A program made the translations under genes and the position numbers. From positions 1-49,009 of IMG/VR virus record IMGVR_UViG_3300021411_000009: a stretch of DNA of 49,009 bases. The stretch is one strand, 5' to 3'. Of the stretch, positions 18,472 to 27,929 are shown one piece after another (position 1 is the first letter of the stretch; each line of letters opens with the position of its first letter). This DNA comes from a virus (Duplodnaviria > Caudoviricetes). Under the pieces are notes generated by a model. That model was not told where the DNA came from, did no database searches, and worked only from the letters and a program-made list of their open reading frames with translations.

Positions 18472-19704
18472 TCAACCCGAAAGATCAGTTACTCCAGTAC
18501 AAGTTTGGAGACCAAGACCTCCGGCGCATCGCTTATAAAGCACGGGGACCACGACATGTGGCATGTTGGCCTGATAGGCGCGGGCCATTTGGTAGATGAA
18601 GTTACCGAAATCGCCGAAGGGATTGCAGGCGTTGTCGATAACGTTGCGCCAGTTAAGTTCGCCACCGAACATCTGGGTAGACCATTTGGCTTCGCCTTCG
18701 CCAGAATACTTGGCGGGTACGAGACGACGGAAGGCAGATTTGTAGATGAGGAATCCGACTTCGTAGGTTGCGCCGAGATAGGCGGCAGCATTCGCGTTGT
18801 AGAAACCGAAGTCTGAAGTGGACTTTTGATAGGGCTCGATGAAATTCGGGAAGCCATTGACGCCAACAGTGTCGAAGCGGAGGGGCTTGGGATCGATGGC
18901 GAGCTTAATGCCGCGAAAATTGATGTCGATCCAAGCATAGTTCCACAGGGAATCTTTGCCTTCCTTGAAGCTACCGGCAGTCGTAACAGAGAGGACGTTG
19001 TTAACGCCTGCTTCGTTGCGCATCACGTCGGTGATCTCTGGGGAGCCTACGAATAGAGCGTATTCGTCTGCGCCTTGGCCGAACATCATGGGCTGGTAAT
19101 TATACCGGCAGAAGTCGGAGAGTGCTTTGAGCCAAGCGAAGGTGAGCTGCGCGGTTGGTACGCCGCCACGGAATGGAACGGAGACCTGCCATTCACCACC
19201 AGTGATAGCTTGGGATACTTGGGTGTCGGTTGCGCGTAAGACCGCTTTTGTACCCGACATCGCGAGAAGGTTGTAGCGAACATCGGCGTTGTAAACGTCT
19301 GTGATGGTTCGCTTCATCCACTCGATTGCTTGGACGAGCGAGTTCTTTACCGAGAAGCGCGTTGCGTTTACGCATATTGGCTGGGATGTTCCACGTAGAA
19401 CCTGGAGCTTTGTGGTGTACTCGAATTGGCCCCATTGTGCCACGTTTCCGAGAGTTCCGCAGGCTTGGGACAAGTCACCGAAAACGGGCTGAACTTGAGA
19501 TTGGCCGATGGCGGTACGGGCCGATGCGAGAGAAACGATGTTCTCGCCTACGTTAGCTTCAACTGTGCCAGCATCGAGAAGGTTAGCCCAAGGCGAATTG
19601 ATCGCCAAATGATTGATAACTGAAAGAGTGATTACCGGATTCTGATCGGCAATCAACTGAGAGTAGTCGGACGGCGTGAGTGCGCACGCGGAATAAGAGG
19701 GCAT
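18472..19704 (-). CDS. Major capsid protein
   Basis: About 410 aa from ATG 19704 (MPSYSACALTP). First gene of the virion operon, with a long leader, its own terminator and strong C-ending codon bias typical of a highly expressed gene. Fold not verified. Confidence 0.75.
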   Translation of the reverse strand: MPSYSACALTPSDYSQLIADQNPVITLSVINHLAINSPWANLLDAGTVEANVGENIVSLASARTAIGQSQVQPVFGDLSQACGTLGNVAQWGQFEYTTKLQVLRGTSQPICVNATRFSVKNSLVQAIEWMKRTITDVYNADVRYNLLAMSGTKAVLRATDTQVSQAITGGEWQVSVPFRGGVPTAQLTFAWLKALSDFCRYNYQPMMFGQGADEYALFVGSPEITDVMRNEAGVNNVLSVTTAGSFKEGKDSLWNYAWIDINFRGIKLAIDPKPLRFDTVGVNGFPNFIEPYQKSTSDFGFYNANAAAYLGATYEVGFLIYKSAFRRLVPAKYSGEGEAKWSTQMFGGELNWRNVIDNACNPFGDFGNFIYQMARAYQANMPHVVVPVLYKRCAGGLGLQTCTGVTDLSG

Positions 19705-19947
19705 TAGTGGGACACTCGGCGCGGCATAGAGATGTAAAGGCGACACAAGACAGCGCACCGAGATAAGCTCGATTCTCGCATCGTCTCTTGCTGCTCGCGG
19801 CGGTAAGCAGCGTATGTCTACGCCTCTGTCTCTGGTTAGTCGGCGATTCTAATCTGAGCGCTCCGGCTTCGGAGTCTTAGCACTTTTTACGCCTTCAGTT
19901 TCCTGTGTGCTGATAGGCGTTATGGACTTAGGTTTTTCCTGAGTCAA
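19705..19947 (-). promoter_or_regulatory. Putative capsid promoter and ~200-nt structured leader
   Basis: TTGACT(19947-42)-17 bp-CATAAC; several complementary segments in the leader. Confidence 0.5.
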
Positions 19948-20048
19948 TACGGAAAGTGATTTTGATCTGCGTTTAAGCAGGCGAATGATTGTGCGCCGAT
20001 ACCAATATAAGTCGAATTGGTAAAGGAACGCACCAAACCGGTCCCGCA

Positions 20049-20300
20049 TTACACCACTGCTAGCTCTACGACTTCGTAAGCGAAGTAAGCGCGGGCTCCG
20101 ACCGGCTCAATCGTTACGCCCATGAAGGTAAACGTATCACACGCTTCATCAATGATCGAGTATTCATCCATGCGGCACCATTCTTTTAGGCACTCCATTT
20201 CGGAGCGACCTAAAATAAATTTTGTTACCGCATTGCCTTCTTTCGAGGCTTTTTCAAGGCTCGCTCTGATGCGGTCTGAAACGGTGGGTGGTGCTTGCAT
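20049..20300 (-). CDS. Hypothetical protein
   Basis: Likely start ATG 20300 (MQAPPTVSDRIR); 83 aa. Confidence 0.55.
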   Translation of the reverse strand: MQAPPTVSDRIRASLEKASKEGNAVTKFILGRSEMECLKEWCRMDEYSIIDEACDTFTFMGVTIEPVGARAYFAYEVVELAVV

Positions 20301-20350
20301 GATAAAAGTCAAATTAATTTTCGCTTGCTTGCAACTCTTATTTTTTGGGG

Positions 20351-20380
20351 TTGACCGCTATTCTAAGATATTTCTTAGTT
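20351..20380 (+). promoter_or_regulatory. Putative promoter for the helicase operon
   Basis: TTGACC then CTTAGT/TTAGTT at 17-18 bp in the divergent AT-rich gap. Confidence 0.4.
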
Positions 20381-20422
20381 GTCCCACATCTTCAGTCTCA
20401 AGACAAACCTTAACCAGGGATT

Positions 20423-21826
20423 ATGGTAACAAACAATATGCCAGTTTCCGAACGGATTCCGCCTCATTCCAAAGACTCTGAATCCAGTTTACTGAGCAGT
20501 ATTTTCATAGATGGCGTACATTCTCTGGCAAAAGCAATGGATGGGCATATATCACCCGAGTGCTTCTACGAGCCAGCAAACAGGCAGATCTACCAGGCGT
20601 TTCTATGGCTTCATAGGCACGGAAGAGAGCTAACCCTAGACGTGATGATTGAGGAGCTAAGGAAAACGCAACGACTAGACGCGATCCAGGTAGAGGGAAG
20701 AACGGCACTCGGTTACCTGATGGAGGTTAGCGGCAAAGTTCCTACGACGATGGAACTGGACTACCACATAGACCGCGTGCGTGAGACCTACGTAATGCGG
20801 GAGTTAATCCAGTCGGGCAGAAACGTGACAGAGCTGGCTTATTCGGAGAACGCGGAGGTCGAGAGGTTCACGACAGAAATGAACCGGATCCTTTCGATCA
20901 GGCATTCTACCCAGGTAATCAAGACGCTCCCAGAGGCCGCAAAGCAGTCCATCGAAAAGGCAATTCGGATCAAGAATAGGATGCCGACCGAAACCGATAT
21001 CGGGTTAGAGTGGCCTTGGCGCGAATGGAATGATAGGTTCGGTGAGGCTAAACCTGGAAGCCTGATAATCTTTGCTGCTCGTCCTGGCATCGGTAAATCT
21101 AGCGCCGCTCGTCAAGCTGCATGGAGTTGGTCTGAAAAGTATGGAGACATTGCGCTCTTCTCTCGTGAGATGCCCGTGGATCAGCTGCCGCCGCTTTTTG
21201 CTCAAACTTTATCGGGAGTTTCCTGGCGGTTATTTAGGAAGAATCAGATTGATGCTAAACAGCAGGATCAATTTATATCGGCACTGGTCGAGGTCGAGGC
21301 ATCCAAGACGCTTCACGTCTTCGACCGAGATAGAACACTCTCGCATGTTATCGCCCGCGCAAAGGCATTAGCTCAAACTAAAAAGCTAAAGGCTATTCTG
21401 ATTGACTACCTTCAGCGCTACGATCCAGAGCAATGCAAAGGAGAGAACCGAGATATAGCTCTTGGAAGAATGACGATGGCTTTCAAGGATCTTGCGATGG
21501 ACCTGAAGTTACCTGTCATACTATTGGCTCAAGTTGGCCGCGAGATGGAACGGGAGAAACGAGAGCCAAGGCTTTCCGATCTTAGGGAAAGTGGAAACAT
21601 CGAACAGGATGCAGACGATGTGATCTTCTTTTACCCGCCAGAAGACGATCCTATTTTGGGGATACCTCAAGATCCACTAGACCAAGATTCCGATAAGCTC
21701 TACATCGACGCTATCCAGGCCAAGGGAAGGGCAGAGGGTAGAGGAAGATGCGGGCTTTACTTTCAGAAGTCTACAACCTGTTTTAGATCTATAACACCTG
21801 ATCCAAAATATAATGAATCCCGATGA
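20423..21826 (+). CDS. dnaB: Replicative DNA helicase, DnaB family
   Basis: N-terminal RIPPHS..E..LL; Walker A AARPGIGKS; FSREM; ILIDYLQ; PVILLAQ; PRLSDLRESGNIEQDAD. Alternative start at 20438. Confidence 0.95.
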   Translation: MVTNNMPVSERIPPHSKDSESSLLSSIFIDGVHSLAKAMDGHISPECFYEPANRQIYQAFLWLHRHGRELTLDVMIEELRKTQRLDAIQVEGRTALGYLMEVSGKVPTTMELDYHIDRVRETYVMRELIQSGRNVTELAYSENAEVERFTTEMNRILSIRHSTQVIKTLPEAAKQSIEKAIRIKNRMPTETDIGLEWPWREWNDRFGEAKPGSLIIFAARPGIGKSSAARQAAWSWSEKYGDIALFSREMPVDQLPPLFAQTLSGVSWRLFRKNQIDAKQQDQFISALVEVEASKTLHVFDRDRTLSHVIARAKALAQTKKLKAILIDYLQRYDPEQCKGENRDIALGRMTMAFKDLAMDLKLPVILLAQVGREMEREKREPRLSDLRESGNIEQDADDVIFFYPPEDDPILGIPQDPLDQDSDKLYIDAIQAKGRAEGRGRCGLYFQKSTTCFRSITPDPKYNESR

Positions 21827-22307
21827 AGAGGCTCTTTGGAGTTCGCACCTACCGGCGCTAATGTCATGCGTTGGTGAAACCTATGGTCCCGTCTGCGAGG
21901 TTGGTATAGGCAACTTCTCAACACCATTACTCCATGCATTCTGCGTAAGCCGTAAGCGTATGCTTGTCTCGTTGGAGTCAGACGTAAGCTGGATGATGCG
22001 ATTTATTAATCTAGTTTCAACGTATCACGAAATAGGACTATCCGACAGGACGGACCCATATCCCGAAACTAGATGGTCTGTAGTATTCTTGGATCAGAGC
22101 CGAGAATTTTGGACTAGGGCTGAATCATTCAAGGTTTTTGTAGATAACGCAGAATTCATAGTATGCCACGATTTCCATAGGGAGAATGAAGAAGAAATAC
22201 GCGGACTATTAACCGGACTAAATGTTCATGTAACGCGCCGCCAAGAGCCCCCTACTTTGATTTGCAGCAAAACCCGCGAGATTCCCTCTGGGCTACTAGA
22301 TCTTTGA
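21813..22307 (+). CDS. Class I SAM-dependent methyltransferase-like protein
   Basis: VCEVGIGNFST motif I, LVSLESD, VVFLD and IVCHD strands in the order seen in small-molecule/sugar methyltransferases. Confidence 0.6.
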   Translation: MNPDEEALWSSHLPALMSCVGETYGPVCEVGIGNFSTPLLHAFCVSRKRMLVSLESDVSWMMRFINLVSTYHEIGLSDRTDPYPETRWSVVFLDQSREFWTRAESFKVFVDNAEFIVCHDFHRENEEEIRGLLTGLNVHVTRRQEPPTLICSKTREIPSGLLDL

Positions 22308-22342
22308 ATTGACTGGCAAGCAAATAAGTCATTTGTAGGTCA

Positions 22343-24493
22343 ATGGCCGAAAAGCTCCCCTATTCAGACATAGATACAAATGGATCGGTTGACGAATTTG
22401 GAGATGCACCAGAGGTAAACGAGAGCGACCTAGAACAGACGAACCGCGTGGTTAGTTCGGTATCGCAGGCTATTCAGATGATTGAACGGGATATCACGGA
22501 CGCTAAGAAGTTGATTCAAAACGCGGCACGAATTACGGCCAAGAAGCAGGGAGATACGCCTTACTCTCGGTCTAGCCTTAAAGAGCAGGGTAAGGCATAT
22601 AAAACCAACATCTCTACGCGGGCATTGGCGACCGAGCTTAAAAGAGCAGCACCCAGGTTATACATGCCGATTCTGACTGCATCGACGCTCACAGCAGCGG
22701 AGTTACCTCCTGGATGGCCGCTTGGACAAGAGAAGACGCAGTTCTTTCGGGAGACAATCACAAAAGCGATTAAGGCATGGCGTAAGTTTCCCACGTTCGT
22801 TCGTGGTTTGTCTAGTGAAGTTGTAGACTATGGATTTACGTTCGGCTGCTTCACGGATCCTTATCAATGGCGCCCGCATCTAGTTCGCATGGACCGTGGG
22901 TTTGTGCCGCGAGGTGCTGAGATTATGGACGAGAACTTGGCTCGGTTCACCCTACTATGGGAGTATCAGCCAGACGAACTTTTAAAGCTGGCTCGGGATG
23001 GAAACAAGGACGACTGGGACAAGGAGTCAGTTGCTGCGGCGGTTCATCGGGCAACTACGCCGAGTCAGTCTTGGACACTGGAGAACATGCGGAAGTTTGA
23101 GGAGCTGATCCGAGAACAAGTCTGGGATTACTCCTACGAAAAGGGCTACAAGGTAATCAAGACCCAACACTTCTTTGTTTTGGAAGGAACAGGAAAGATA
23201 AGCTACTACATTCTTTGGAAGGATGCGCCAAAAACTGAATGGGCACTCCTTTACGAAAAGCTGGATGCCTACGATTCAATGAACGACGTGGTTATTCCTA
23301 TGGTTTTTGGCTATGGCGACGGGACTATTCACGGATCTTGGGGCGCGGGACAGCTTCTCTACGATATGGCCGTTCAGCTTGAGAAGGTACGGTGCGATTC
23401 CATCGACAACTTGAGAATGTCGAACAAAATGAAGCTCCAGGTGCCCCAGGCAAAGGATGCTTCTAAGGTAGAGATGACGGTTAACGATACCTCAATTATC
23501 GTTTCTGAGGCTCAATTTGCCAATAACGTAGGGGGCATTGCCCCGAACCCTCAGGGATACATCGCTCTTGAGCAACAGATGCGGCAATGGATGCAGCAGA
23601 TCATAGGCTCCTATTTGCCAGACATTCCTAGCCAGCCGTCAGACATTAAGGCTGCGCAGATTAACGCGGCGATGGCCCAAGAGCAGGAAGTTCAGCGAGA
23701 CGTTTTAGAGGGATGGATGCAGCAGTTTGCTTACCTGGTTCAACCGATGACTAAGCGGCTGACGATGAAGGGCAGCAACGACAAGGTTGCGAAGGAAGTT
23801 CGCAAAAAGCTTTTGGAGGGTAACGACGATGGGATCGCGCTCACCGAAGAAGAGCTTGATCTCTTGGTAGAGCAACCGGCTATTCAATCGGTCACAGACT
23901 TTACGCCCGCGATGGCTGCGCAAAAGGCGCAATTCGCTCAGACTACACTCAACAATCCGTTGTTTAAACAAACGAATGCCGCGAAACTTATGGCGGGAGC
24001 AGTCGGCGGTCAGAGCCTTGTCGATTACTTGGTTGTGCCAGATGGCGATACCCAGGACCAGACACTGGCTCAACGGACCCAGCTTGAAGAGCTGACCACA
24101 ATTGGAAGTGGAATCAATCTTCCGGTGATCTCTAAAGACAATCATTGGATACACATGGAGACTATGACTACTCCGCCGCAGGAAGGCTATCCTTCGGCTA
24201 TGGACGCAGTCATCAAGGCAGGTAAGGTCAATGTGGCTCAAGCTATGTTGAAGCATTTTTCTGCCCATTACCAATCCGCAGTTGCGTTGAAAGCCATTCC
24301 AACCGAACAGATCAACCAGAAAAAGTCGTTTATAGCGACCTACGAGAAATCCATTGAGGCATTGCAGCAACAGCAAGCTCAAGCCGCGCAGACTCAACAA
24401 GCACAGCAACAGGCGATGATGGCAGCGCAACAACAACAGCCTCAAGGCCAGGTTCCTAACAACGTAGCTCCGTTTCCACAGCAAGCCGGTTAA
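22343..24493 (+). CDS. Portal protein (podovirus type)
   Basis: 716 aa; Gln-rich C-terminus and DNHWIH motif as in P22-like portals; followed by a small ORF and a scaffold-like gene. Confidence 0.7.
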   Translation: MAEKLPYSDIDTNGSVDEFGDAPEVNESDLEQTNRVVSSVSQAIQMIERDITDAKKLIQNAARITAKKQGDTPYSRSSLKEQGKAYKTNISTRALATELKRAAPRLYMPILTASTLTAAELPPGWPLGQEKTQFFRETITKAIKAWRKFPTFVRGLSSEVVDYGFTFGCFTDPYQWRPHLVRMDRGFVPRGAEIMDENLARFTLLWEYQPDELLKLARDGNKDDWDKESVAAAVHRATTPSQSWTLENMRKFEELIREQVWDYSYEKGYKVIKTQHFFVLEGTGKISYYILWKDAPKTEWALLYEKLDAYDSMNDVVIPMVFGYGDGTIHGSWGAGQLLYDMAVQLEKVRCDSIDNLRMSNKMKLQVPQAKDASKVEMTVNDTSIIVSEAQFANNVGGIAPNPQGYIALEQQMRQWMQQIIGSYLPDIPSQPSDIKAAQINAAMAQEQEVQRDVLEGWMQQFAYLVQPMTKRLTMKGSNDKVAKEVRKKLLEGNDDGIALTEEELDLLVEQPAIQSVTDFTPAMAAQKAQFAQTTLNNPLFKQTNAAKLMAGAVGGQSLVDYLVVPDGDTQDQTLAQRTQLEELTTIGSGINLPVISKDNHWIHMETMTTPPQEGYPSAMDAVIKAGKVNVAQAMLKHFSAHYQSAVALKAIPTEQINQKKSFIATYEKSIEALQQQQAQAAQTQQAQQQAMMAAQQQQPQGQVPNNVAPFPQQAG

Positions 24494-24521
24494 GATATTC
24501 CTTACTTTCTAAGTTTTACCA

Positions 24522-24550
24522 TTGACGGAAAACCTTAGCGGATTCAGGTT
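24522..24550 (+). promoter_or_regulatory. Putative promoter
   Basis: TTGACG-17 bp-CAGGTT ending 9 nt before ATG 24560. Confidence 0.45.
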
Positions 24551-24559
24551 TGCTATGAA

Positions 24560-24814
24560 ATGGCAAAACCTTATTTGGATAAGAAAGTGATCGGAGCATT
24601 CCGTGACTTCGCTAACTCTGGGTTTCTCATTCAAGGGATTGAGTTCTTGCGCCGATACGAAGCACCTAAAGTAAAAGCGGGAGAAGTCCAACAGATGATG
24701 CACGATGCCATCGAGCTTAAGGGCTATTTGGCCGCGCTCGATGATGTGGAAAACATTTTAACAACACTCCCGCCAAGGGATCAATTCGAAAAACCAGATT
24801 CACTAGAGGCATAA
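24560..24814 (+). CDS. Small protein between portal and scaffold
   Basis: 84 aa helical protein in a position commonly occupied in podoviruses. Confidence 0.6.
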   Translation: MAKPYLDKKVIGAFRDFANSGFLIQGIEFLRRYEAPKVKAGEVQQMMHDAIELKGYLAALDDVENILTTLPPRDQFEKPDSLEA

Positions 24815-24817
24815 ATT

Positions 24818-26272
24818 ATGGCATCCTTAGTTACACCAGAACTTGAAGATTTTGACGCTAGCGATGGGCGGGGATCGGTTGTTCAACCCAAGCCACAGGT
24901 TCAGCCTATTGAGCGCGAGTCGGAGCCGGACGCGATTACCAACCACACGGTTTTAGACTCTAAGGGTAAGCCTTCGAACGAGCTTCCCGATTTCCTTGCT
25001 GAAGCAGAAAAGATGGAGGATCAGCGCAAGCGCGGGGAAGAGCCAGAGAAACCAAAGAGAGTAGATCGTCGTCAGCGCGAGCAGAAGATTGAAGCCAAGC
25101 CGGATGGTGAGACCGCCAAGGAAGAGCCAAAGACTGAGGCTAAGACCGAGCAGAAGCCAGAGCCGTTGCCGGATGACATGCTCAAAGTTACGCCTAATGA
25201 TAAGCCGCTTACGGCTCGGCGCATCAGCCAGCTTTTAGAGAAGGTTGAGTTTCGGGATAAAACCCTAGCCGAAAAAGAGGCAATCATCAAAGAGCTTCAG
25301 ACCAAGACGGCTACCTCTCAAGGGTCCGAAGAGCTGACAAAGATGAAGGATGAGCTTGAGAATACGCGAAAGGATCTGCTGCGTTATCGTCGCCGCTACG
25401 ATCTAGATTCAGATCCAGAGGTTAAGTCCAAGTTCGAAGAGCCAGTCATTCAGGCAGAGGGAACGATCAAAGAGGTTTTGAATAAGTACCAACTTGGAGA
25501 ACCAACGCTTAATGAGATCGAAAAGGCTGGCGGATTCTCAGAGTTCTCCAAGTCTGGCAAGATTTATACGATTAAAGAGGCCGATGCTAACGGAGATATT
25601 GTCTCTGTTCAGAAGACGGCTTCGGATCTGGTAAAAGCATGGCTTAACGCTATGCCAGTCGGCGACGCGGAAGAGATTCGTTCAGCGATGACTCGACAGT
25701 CCATGACCCGCGCAGAGAAGAAACGTTTCTTTGAAAAGGAGACTGCGGAAGCAGACAAGTATTTCAAGGGCCAGGAAGAACAACGTACCAAATTCCAGCA
25801 GGAGCAGGAGTCTAATTTGGAAAAGACACGCAAGGAATATGGAGATTGGGCAGAAAACCAGATCAAGAGTAAGGATTGGCTAAAGGACAAAGAGATTCCG
25901 TCGGGCGCAACACAGGACCAAAAGAAGCAGATTGATGAACAAAACGAGTTCACAAAACAGCTTAGAACCATGATCAAGAATCCGCCAACTAACTCGGCGG
26001 ATAAGGTAAAAGAGATTTTACTAGGAGGCGTGGAGGCGCACCACCTTCGCAAGGAGAACGGGGCACAAGCGGCAAAGATTAAGGCACTTGAGGCTGAGCT
26101 TTCAAAATTCAAGAATGGAACGCGGACTACGCCTAAGGAGGGATCGCTTCTATCGAGCTCAAGGAAGAACGAAGAGCCTAAGAAGAATGGGCGCATTAAC
26201 ATGGATTTTGGAGATGCCTTCGATAAAGCCGTAACTGCACGAGAGCAGGGTGATGACTCTGATTCACTCTGA
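24818..26272 (+). CDS. Capsid scaffolding protein
   Basis: 484 aa Glu/Lys-rich; disordered N-terminus, RRISQL then coiled coils, C-terminal DFGDAFDKA helix. Confidence 0.65.
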   Translation: MASLVTPELEDFDASDGRGSVVQPKPQVQPIERESEPDAITNHTVLDSKGKPSNELPDFLAEAEKMEDQRKRGEEPEKPKRVDRRQREQKIEAKPDGETAKEEPKTEAKTEQKPEPLPDDMLKVTPNDKPLTARRISQLLEKVEFRDKTLAEKEAIIKELQTKTATSQGSEELTKMKDELENTRKDLLRYRRRYDLDSDPEVKSKFEEPVIQAEGTIKEVLNKYQLGEPTLNEIEKAGGFSEFSKSGKIYTIKEADANGDIVSVQKTASDLVKAWLNAMPVGDAEEIRSAMTRQSMTRAEKKRFFEKETAEADKYFKGQEEQRTKFQQEQESNLEKTRKEYGDWAENQIKSKDWLKDKEIPSGATQDQKKQIDEQNEFTKQLRTMIKNPPTNSADKVKEILLGGVEAHHLRKENGAQAAKIKALEAELSKFKNGTRTTPKEGSLLSSSRKNEEPKKNGRINMDFGDAFDKAVTAREQGDDSDSL

Positions 26273-27177
26273 TGCCCGCTATCGATCTTGCCGGGTTAGT
26301 CATCAATAAAGTCAATCAGCTCGGGCCGACGAAGGCCGCAGACTACTTTGGCGTGTCTTTGCCTACAGCTATTGCGTGGCAGAAGAGTAAGAATATGCCA
26401 AGCATATCGGCCGGCCAGATGGTGCTTAATGAGTTTTTGACGGTAACGCCTCCTGAGATATGGAACATAACTGGGAAGCGCGTTCTGATTCTTAGCCCGA
26501 TCTATCGCACGTATAGTGGGCTAACCCATGCGACTCTTTTTGTAAACTATGCTAAATACGGTCCAGAAAAAATTGGTTTTCTTCCTAAGTTCAGAACGCT
26601 CATCGTTGAAGCCAGGAACATGCTTGCAGATATGGCTCTACGAACTGATTCTGAATGGTTTATATACGTAGACGACGATTGCGTTTTCCCGTGCGGAAAC
26701 GGCGCAATGCTTAGGTCAATTGGCTGTAACCTACCTGAACCCAATGCTAGCTTCAACGCAATCAGCCGGATCATGTCGCACCCCGAAGACAAGAAGATTG
26801 TAGCCGCGCTTTACTTTGGAAGGAACGAAAGTCACCGCGCTCAGGTGGCCAATGCATTTGAGTCTCCGTCTGAGGATGCCCGTTATCATGAGATCCTAAG
26901 GACAGGGGGAGAGCATCCGTTAGAGGAAGTTCGTTTTGCTGGTATGGGAATGATGCGTATTCATCGTTCTGTTTTTGAGATAATGCGTGAGCGCGCTGAC
27001 GAGTTGTTCCCTAGGATTAAGCCGGTTCGTGAAGATAGACATTGGGGTTACTTCACCCCCGATACTCCGGACGCCGGGGAGGACATGACGCTAAGTATGA
27101 GAGCTAAAATGTGTGGAATATCAACTTACCTTGATCCAAGTTTACTATTAGGCCACGAAGGTTCAAAGATCTATTAA
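26272..27177 (+). CDS. HTH-fused GT-A (GT2-like) glycosyltransferase
   Basis: N-terminal GPTKAADYFGVSLPTAIAWQK (Cro-like HTH); EARNMLA, WFIYVDDD (DxD), GMGMMRIHRSVF, GEDMTLS..LDPSLLLGH. Confidence 0.75.
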   Translation: MPAIDLAGLVINKVNQLGPTKAADYFGVSLPTAIAWQKSKNMPSISAGQMVLNEFLTVTPPEIWNITGKRVLILSPIYRTYSGLTHATLFVNYAKYGPEKIGFLPKFRTLIVEARNMLADMALRTDSEWFIYVDDDCVFPCGNGAMLRSIGCNLPEPNASFNAISRIMSHPEDKKIVAALYFGRNESHRAQVANAFESPSEDARYHEILRTGGEHPLEEVRFAGMGMMRIHRSVFEIMRERADELFPRIKPVREDRHWGYFTPDTPDAGEDMTLSMRAKMCGISTYLDPSLLLGHEGSKIY

Positions 27178-27178
27178 C

Positions 27179-27916
27179 GTGATCGAATATCTCCTATCGT
27201 CGCTTCGTCCGTTTAACCAGAGCCGAGCTTATGCCGACATCCAGTTAGCCGCGCTCGATTCGTGGAAGCAGCTTGGATCTCGTATCGTTTATTTCAACAC
27301 TTCAAATGACACATGGATCAAGGAAGATTTCCAGATTGAGTTTGTAGCACCCAATCAGAATCCTCCAACGATCCACGAAATGCTTGACTGGGCGATTCGC
27401 CAAGGTACTCCAGAGACATCAATGGCGATTGTTAATTCTGACATTGTGCTTGGCCGCGATATCAATCTGGTTGAGGAAGTGGTACGCACAAACCACATGA
27501 CTAGGAACTGGGCAGCTACTTCGTTTCGTTATACGTACGATCCACTCCTCGGGATAGATAACGCCAAGAGAGATCCGTGTGATTTTGGTCTGGATATTTT
27601 TATAGCTCCACGTCGTATTTGGGAAGTGCTTCACAAAGAGATGACCGCAATGGCCGCTACCAAGCTAACGATTGGTCGAATCATTTGGGACAACACGGTG
27701 AACGCCTATTTTCGTGAGCGGCTTCCAAGCAATCGGTACTTTGACCTGACGGATTGGCGAGTGGTGTTTCATCCGGTACACGGAGAACGCGGGCGGCACA
27801 CACACTACGACAAGACTACGCTATCTGAGTTAAAGATCTTGGGTCATGGGGGGATTCCAAAAACCAAGTATGCCAAGCCAATTCTTTATGCAAGCACAGT
27901 CAAACGCTCTATCTAA
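27179..27916 (+). CDS. Glycosyltransferase-like protein (GT-A fold)
   Basis: AIVNSDIVL (NxD), GLDIFI, IGRIIWDN and FHPVH motifs. Confidence 0.55.
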   Translation: MIEYLLSSLRPFNQSRAYADIQLAALDSWKQLGSRIVYFNTSNDTWIKEDFQIEFVAPNQNPPTIHEMLDWAIRQGTPETSMAIVNSDIVLGRDINLVEEVVRTNHMTRNWAATSFRYTYDPLLGIDNAKRDPCDFGLDIFIAPRRIWEVLHKEMTAMAATKLTIGRIIWDNTVNAYFRERLPSNRYFDLTDWRVVFHPVHGERGRHTHYDKTTLSELKILGHGGIPKTKYAKPILYASTVKRSI

Positions 27917-27929
27917 CCCAAAAATCACC

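Noticed and set aside
19705-19758. 18-aa N-terminal extension of the capsid protein
   Set aside because: The GTG lies inside the structured leader; ATG 19704 is the more plausible start.
23705-24484. 259-aa minus-strand ORF
   Set aside because: Antisense shadow of the Gln-rich portal C-terminus with Leu/Arg-biased composition.
25609-26202. 197-aa minus-strand ORF
   Set aside because: Ser/Phe-rich antisense shadow of the Glu/Lys-rich scaffold.
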